Below are positions 6,657-11,273 of a stretch of DNA of 11,273 bases, piece after piece. The stretch is from Promethearchaeia archaeon (GTDB lineage: Archaea; Asgardarchaeota; Lokiarchaeia; Sigyniarchaeales; SOKP01). Below the pieces are notes generated by a model. The model saw only the letters and a list, made by a program, of their open reading frames with translations. It was not told the origin of the DNA and ran no database searches. The position numbers and the translations under genes are program-made. Every line of letters starts with the position of its first letter. The stretch's first letter is position 1. Location of the stretch: positions 1 through 11,273 of the forward strand of contig JAHQWH010000005.1 of NCBI GenBank assembly GCA_029856105.1, written 5' to 3'.

Positions 6657-7661
6657 CTATTTATTCAAATTATTAGCAAATTTTAGTCTTGCGCTTTCAA
6701 AAAATTCGTATCCCTCCGAAAATGGGCATACCTTTATACAAACTGAACAACCTAAAGTCTCGCTAAAATAAGGAAAACATTTTTTTATGTCAATACAGGT
6801 GCTTCTTTTACCTATCACTTTTTTTTCTTCCCAGATTGCGCCAACTGGACATTCTATAACGCATTTATTACAAATTTTGCAATATTCTTCTATCCATTTG
6901 TGTTCTAAAGAGTCGGTAAATTCGAAACTCTTATTTTCCACATAAATTGGTGCTAATCTTAGGCGAGGGCCAAATTCCGGAGTAATTAACAACCCTTGAC
7001 GGCCTTGCCACCCCATACCAGACTTTCCACCTAAGGGGGGCGTCAGAGTTAAACCCCTAAGAGGATGGTTAGACTGACATCGAATTCCTTGAGCTCTTAG
7101 CCAGTCAGCAATATCGTTGACTGCTCTTCCCAATCTTGCGTAAATTCGTATTGCTTCTTTCCCAGCCGGGACATTTGGAGCTGTATTAATCCTTTTTTTG
7201 TCCATCTCCATCATAAAGACAAGGACATAGGGAAATAATACCAATTTATCTCTAAAAATCAACTCTCTCGGTAATTTAGTGAATCCGATTTTGATAATCC
7301 CCCATTTATCGCGAGAATATCGGTTTAAATCCTCCCATAATTTAGGATTAATATTATCTTCAACATTTCGCGTAGGATCTTCTAAATAAGGATAAAGAAC
7401 TTTGAAACTTTTTTTCACAGAAATCATTATTCTAATCAAGTAATTTCCAGCAACAGCAGGTAAAGCCTTTATCATATTTACTAATTGCCTTTTCCCGATT
7501 TTAAGGCTTTTTCCTTCTTTTGCTTTTAACTCATCGATTATCGTAAATCCGTCTTGCGGCGAATTCTCCAACGCTTTTACGACGGAAAGGCCCAATTCCA
7601 AAGCATCTTTAATGAATTTTTGTTCAATTTTGAAAGAAACACTTGACCTATTTCGAGGCAT
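6657..7661 (-). CDS. Reductive dehalogenase-like (RdhA/QueG superfamily) cobalamin- and 2x[4Fe-4S]-binding protein
   Basis: MEMD..APN..Y..LG, GMGWQGRQGLLITPEFGPRLRL, CKICNKCVIECP, and C-x9-CSVCIKVCP. No twin-arginine signal and no QueG DYH motif. Confidence 0.82.
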   Translation of the reverse strand: MPRNRSSVSFKIEQKFIKDALELGLSVVKALENSPQDGFTIIDELKAKEGKSLKIGKRQLVNMIKALPAVAGNYLIRIMISVKKSFKVLYPYLEDPTRNVEDNINPKLWEDLNRYSRDKWGIIKIGFTKLPRELIFRDKLVLFPYVLVFMMEMDKKRINTAPNVPAGKEAIRIYARLGRAVNDIADWLRAQGIRCQSNHPLRGLTLTPPLGGKSGMGWQGRQGLLITPEFGPRLRLAPIYVENKSFEFTDSLEHKWIEEYCKICNKCVIECPVGAIWEEKKVIGKRSTCIDIKKCFPYFSETLGCSVCIKVCPFSEGYEFFESARLKFANNLNK

Positions 7662-7683
7662 GTTAATACTCTAATTCATTAAC

Positions 7684-7694
7684 TTTAATATAAA
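7684..7694 (-). promoter_or_regulatory. TATA box of the RdhA-like gene (leaderless or very short leader)
   Basis: Minus strand TTTTATATTAA centred about 28 nt upstream of ATG 7661; no clear SD. Confidence 0.45.
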
Positions 7695-7735
7695 ATTATA
7701 GAAAAAAATGATTCCCAAATTTTTTATGTTGCTAT

Positions 7736-8233
7736 TCAGAGATTATTCTTTGTTTTTTTGTTTCTTTCAGTGAAAATTCTCATGACATATATTCTCCCAA
7801 AAATCAGGATTAGCCCGCCGACAAAGGGAAGAACAATAACAAACTCAAAAATAAAACCGTAAGGGGCGAAAAATTGTACCACATTAATAAAAATTATAAT
7901 CCAGAATATGCTCAGAACTAAAATCAGAATACCGCAACCTAGCCATATATTTGAAATAAAATCTAATCGGTCGGGGTTTTTTCTTAAGAAGAAAATCGAG
8001 CTCACTAGAAATAACATAATAATAATAATACTTAAAGATATGATTTTTTGGGATATGTCAAGTATATTTATTTCAAATAAAGGGAAATAACGAAAACCCC
8101 AAATCCAAAAAGGATAAAAATTAGAAGGAGAGACCTCATATCTTAAAATTGGGAATAAGAACGCTAACATAATTGAAATAATCGAACCCATAGGAAATAA
8201 ATATATTATGCTTTTTTTCATTTCTAAATTCAT
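7736..8233 (-). CDS. Hypothetical membrane protein (about 4 TM)
   Basis: 165 aa, four long hydrophobic segments, basic C-terminus; no recognised family. Confidence 0.75.
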   Translation of the reverse strand: MNLEMKKSIIYLFPMGSIISIMLAFLFPILRYEVSPSNFYPFWIWGFRYFPLFEINILDISQKIISLSIIIIMLFLVSSIFFLRKNPDRLDFISNIWLGCGILILVLSIFWIIIFINVVQFFAPYGFIFEFVIVLPFVGGLILIFGRIYVMRIFTERNKKTKNNL

Positions 8234-8412
8234 CTTATTTTGTTATTTTTTCTCAATTAGATGTTCTTATAATATTATATAAATAAATTATTTAAATGTT
8301 TTTTTTCTACTTGACCGATTTGGATTTAAAAGATGAGTAGATGAATTTGAACGAGCATCTGGCACTTAGATATTTAAAAACCATGTGTAAGAATTAATAG
8401 ATGAAGAGCTAT

Positions 8413-8421
8413 AAAAAAAAA
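8413..8421 (-). terminator. Oligo-T terminator after the MBL gene
   Basis: T9 on the minus strand, 24-32 nt downstream of the stop at 8445. Confidence 0.5.
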
Positions 8422-8444
8422 TGAAAGATTTTAAAAATTAGAGC

Positions 8445-9287
8445 TTAGTTTGTTTTTTCAATAAAGTATTCTGCATAGAATTCAGCATTTTCTTGAAGAA
8501 TCTTTTTCGAACAGATCTTACCGTGCCCGGGAATATATATATCAATGTCTTTTTCCATATAATCAATTAAAGTGTCGCAAAGTCGCTGAGGATTCGCGGG
8601 AACTGGTGCGGGATCAGTTGTCGTTGCCCAATTAGGGTCAGTTTCTTCAAAAAGCAGATCTCCCATGAAAACTATTTTTTCTTTTTCAAAGTAGGCAATC
8701 ATATCTCCTGGTGTGTGAGCGGCTCCTATATAAATTATCTGAACTTTATTCTCTGTCCCTTCTATTGTAAAAGAATCGTTTACAATAAAATCTGGAGATC
8801 TCAATTCAAAGTTTGGCTCTAGAATTTCGTTATAAGTATTAATATCGTTATTCATTTCAAGAATCTTATTCGGTTCGGTCTCTTTGATTATATCTTCTTT
8901 TATTCTTTTTAATTCTCGAGTGGCAATTCCTTTATACCGTGTAAGAGTTTCTTCTAAATTTTTATGAAATAATGATAATGTTTCGGAGCAACTAATGATA
9001 GGTGTTTCTATTGGAAATTTGCGATTACCAAATAAATGATCCGTATGATAATGGCTATTTATAAGGAAAGAAGGATCTTTTTTAGTAAACTCTTTAGAAG
9101 CTCTAATTAGGTCATCAGTTGAGTATGGATCCATCATTGTATCAAAGATAACTAAATAATTGCCAAGATCAAAAAAACCAGCGTTAGCAGACGGCAATTT
9201 TTCAGCGGTTATGGCAGCGTAAATTCCTGTATTGAGTTCATATAGGTCAAAATAAATTGACTCAAAATCTAATTTTTTAATATCCAT
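8445..9287 (-). CDS. MBL-fold metallo-hydrolase (cyclase/glyoxalase II-like)
   Basis: NAGF, DTM, SHYHTDHLFGN (HxHxDH), AHTPGD, MGDL, PGHG. ATG 9287 (MDIKK) with upstream AAGTGA and TATAAATA is preferred over the TTG at 9347. Confidence 0.9.
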   Translation of the reverse strand: MDIKKLDFESIYFDLYELNTGIYAAITAEKLPSANAGFFDLGNYLVIFDTMMDPYSTDDLIRASKEFTKKDPSFLINSHYHTDHLFGNRKFPIETPIISCSETLSLFHKNLEETLTRYKGIATRELKRIKEDIIKETEPNKILEMNNDINTYNEILEPNFELRSPDFIVNDSFTIEGTENKVQIIYIGAAHTPGDMIAYFEKEKIVFMGDLLFEETDPNWATTTDPAPVPANPQRLCDTLIDYMEKDIDIYIPGHGKICSKKILQENAEFYAEYFIEKTN

Positions 9288-9339
9288 ATTTTTCACTTTT
9301 AAGATAATGAAATTTAAATATTTATAGTTTGGACTATTG

Positions 9340-9355
9340 AAGTTCAACGGAACTT
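9340..9355. promoter_or_regulatory. Candidate operator upstream of the MBL gene promoter
   Basis: AAGTTC-AACG-GAACTT inverted repeat, with an extra half-site GAACTT at 9368-9373. Lies upstream of the minus-strand TATAAATA (9326-9319). Confidence 0.4.
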
Positions 9356-9446
9356 AGAATAAGATGCGAACTTGATACTAATCACAATTATTACTCTTTA
9401 TATTTATTATAAAATGAAAAGAAAAGGAAATTGATTAAGTATTTTC

Positions 9447-10817
9447 TTATGACGATTCTTTTTGGACGAAGCTTAAGATAAAAATTCCTAATGCCAATAT
9501 AATACCTACAGATATCATAGCCCAACCGTACGCCGCTTTGCCTATTACATCGTAAGTTATCATAACAGTGCCCCAAATCAATGGACCTAATGCTGAAGAG
9601 AGTTTTCCGCTTAACTTAGAAAATCCAAAGAATTCACCGAACTTTTCTTTAGGAGCAAGTTCTACTACCATAATTCGTTGTGCTGTCCAAGTTCCACCCA
9701 AAGCTGCACCAGCTACCATCCCCATAATAATACTAAATATAAACGGGAGATTCGCACCAATATCGATATAAGGTGTTGTAAATATTAACACAATCGCAAT
9801 TGTTAATGCAAGACCCCATAAGGCGCCTACAAGGTAAAAGGTTTTCTTTGCTCCATATTTTTCACCAAACTTTCCAATAAAGTATGTAAAGATGACTGCC
9901 GAAAATGTGGCAATTATTATAAAAAGTATAGCCCATGTGGTTGATCCACCTCCAAGAATTAACCCGTCAGTAACAATGGGGGTCATATATAGAACTATAA
10001 CGTTAGCAATGTCAGCAACAAAGAAATAACCTATAATAAAGATCAACATGGATTTATGTTTTCTGATGTCTTTAAATGTACTACCTAACTGCTTAAATGT
10101 ATTACCGATTAATTTGCCTATAGGAGGTCTTTTACTTTTTTTCTGTTTTTCACGAACAAAAAGAAATGGTATTGCAAAAACTAAAAATAGAATCATGGGT
10201 AGAACAAATGTAAACCAATTACCGGTATAACCATATACTACAGCTCCCTTATCAGGATCAGAATTGATATCACCCAATGCGATTAAAGGCAACATGATAA
10301 AGAGAGAAATAATCGTGCCAAAGTAGCCCCATGCAACTCCAAATCCAGCAACCTTTCCAATATCTTCTCTTTTAGCAACAAATGGAAGCATTGCGTCATA
10401 AAACAATAAACTAAATTGATAAGCGATATTTGCAATGATGTAAAACAAGAAAACTAATGTAAGGTCATGGGAAAAACCAAGTAAACCCGCAAAGAGAATG
10501 ATAATCCCTGTTAGGCTTATAACAAACGGTTTACGCTTTCCAACATTATCACTGAGCGCTCCTAAAATAGGTATACAAATAGCTATTCCAATCTGCATAA
10601 CAAAGGCAACTACACCAAAGAGAAAGCTAACACTACCATAAGACAGTCCATATGGTGGTAGTTGACCTATCACCAGCACATAACGATTAATTATTAGGCT
10701 AACAATTACCATGGAATAAATCGTATTTGCTAAATCGTACATAGCCCAGCAAAACACGTTACGCTTTGATGTTGTAGTTTCTACTTCTATTTCTTCATTT
10801 TTTATATCTAACGACAT
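9447..10817 (-). CDS. MFS transporter, UMF1/Atg22 (COG2270-like) family
   Basis: 456 aa, about 12 TM. WAMYDLANTIYS, PILGALSDNVGKRK (motif A), FYDAML, GVAWGYFG, ELAP..GEFFGF..SGKLSSALGP. Confidence 0.9.
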   Translation of the reverse strand: MSLDIKNEEIEVETTTSKRNVFCWAMYDLANTIYSMVIVSLIINRYVLVIGQLPPYGLSYGSVSFLFGVVAFVMQIGIAICIPILGALSDNVGKRKPFVISLTGIIILFAGLLGFSHDLTLVFLFYIIANIAYQFSLLFYDAMLPFVAKREDIGKVAGFGVAWGYFGTIISLFIMLPLIALGDINSDPDKGAVVYGYTGNWFTFVLPMILFLVFAIPFLFVREKQKKSKRPPIGKLIGNTFKQLGSTFKDIRKHKSMLIFIIGYFFVADIANVIVLYMTPIVTDGLILGGGSTTWAILFIIIATFSAVIFTYFIGKFGEKYGAKKTFYLVGALWGLALTIAIVLIFTTPYIDIGANLPFIFSIIMGMVAGAALGGTWTAQRIMVVELAPKEKFGEFFGFSKLSGKLSSALGPLIWGTVMITYDVIGKAAYGWAMISVGIILALGIFILSFVQKESS

Positions 10818-10915
10818 TTAAATCATTTTTTAAAGATAATTTTAATTAATAGATTTTGTAATCCATTTTCTTATAAATTTTGTGCCAACTAAATCAGTGT
10901 TCTTCAGATTCTTTT

Positions 10916-10924
10916 AAAAAAAAA
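10916..10924 (-). terminator. Oligo-T terminator after the COG1751-like gene
   Basis: T9 on the minus strand, 25-33 nt downstream of the TAG at 10949. Confidence 0.5.
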
Positions 10925-10948
10925 TCAAATTAAGATTCTTATTTTTTT

Positions 10949-11272
10949 CTACAGAGGTTTAGCTAAAATTGCTTTTACTCTTAGATTTTTAAAATTGCTA
11001 GTTGGGGCGGGTTTAATTAAACATACAGTGTCAGCGCCTCTACCCGTACCTGCAACTGCGATTACGTCTCTTTCAAGGTCGGGGATTAGTCCAGCATCGC
11101 AAATTGTAGCTGATATCTCCATACAGACCTTAACTCCCGGACTGAAGTGGTATCCTAACATCTTTGCAAATAAATCCACAAATTGCCAAGCCTCTTTTTT
11201 CAATCTTAATCCTCTTTCAATGCCACTCATTGAATGCGTCCCAATATGAAATTTTAAGCCAAGTTCCTTAAG
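10949..11272 (-). CDS. Pyruvate kinase C-terminal-like alpha/beta domain protein (COG1751, MTH1675-like); 5' end lies outside the window
   Basis: The frame stays open to the window edge: LKELGLKFHIGTHSMSGIER...GVKVCMEI...DAGLIP...VIAVAGTGRGADT...ILAKP. The Met at 11230 is internal. Confidence 0.85.
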   Translation of the reverse strand, partial: LKELGLKFHIGTHSMSGIERGLRLKKEAWQFVDLFAKMLGYHFSPGVKVCMEISATICDAGLIPDLERDVIAVAGTGRGADTVCLIKPAPTSNFKNLRVKAILAKPL

Positions 11273-11273
11273 A

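Noticed and set aside
6657-7661. queG (epoxyqueuosine reductase) or respiratory rdhA assignment
   Set aside because: Lacks the QueG DYH motif and its longer second-cluster spacing; lacks the Tat signal and rdhB of respiratory enzymes. No gene symbol assigned.
7908-8090. 60-aa plus ORF
   Set aside because: Antisense shadow of the 165-aa membrane gene.
8226-8348. 10-bp inverted repeat AAATTCATCT / AGATGAATTT that could sequester the 8233 start codon; also an 18-codon ORF at 8341-8397
   Set aside because: Short AT-rich match about 100 bp apart, with a TATA-like region between the arms; compatible with chance. The micro-ORF has no support.
9391-9576. 61-aa minus ORF
   Set aside because: Out-of-frame overlap with the MFS 3' end; no motif or RBS.
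9568-10230. Plus ORFs 9568-9771 and 10048-10230
   Set aside because: Antisense shadows of the MFS gene.
10949-10951. TAG as possible pyrrolysine readthrough
   Set aside because: The stop falls at the normal family C-terminus (KP-x) and is followed by a T-tract terminator.
10995-11249. 84-aa plus ORF
   Set aside because: Antisense shadow of the COG1751-like gene.
1-11273. Alternative genetic code (UGA=Trp)
   Set aside because: Long genes are open under code 11, use TGG for Trp, and the HDAC ends in TGA at its expected C-terminus.

Overview
Strongly AT-rich, gene-dense chromosomal window. It has about 11 intact genes, one 5'-truncated gene at the right edge and one small stop-interrupted ORF at the left edge that the ORF track missed. 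TATA-like boxes, GGTGA/GGAGG ribosome-binding sites, oligo-T terminators and the gene families suggest an anaerobic archaeon, most likely Asgard/Lokiarchaeota-like (inference, no marker gene present). Left to right: small ORF with an in-frame TGA (-); CruF/DUF422-type membrane hydratase plus a 2-TM protein (+); compact histone-deacetylase-family enzyme (-); Cys-rich 2x[4Fe-4S] protein (+); divergent SDR-type threonine dehydrogenase (-) and 2-amino-3-ketobutyrate CoA ligase (+); 4-TM protein (+); then a minus-strand run of a reductive-dehalogenase-like cobalamin/Fe-S protein, a membrane protein, an MBL-fold hydrolase, a UMF1/Atg22-type MFS transporter and a COG1751-like protein. I found no rRNA, tRNA, CRISPR array or transposase. 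The most notable observations are the TGA-interrupted gene, a 33-bp diverged copy of part of it on the far side of the CruF cassette, the Tat-less RdhA-like enzyme, and palindromic candidate operators. No clearly new multi-gene system is demonstrated.
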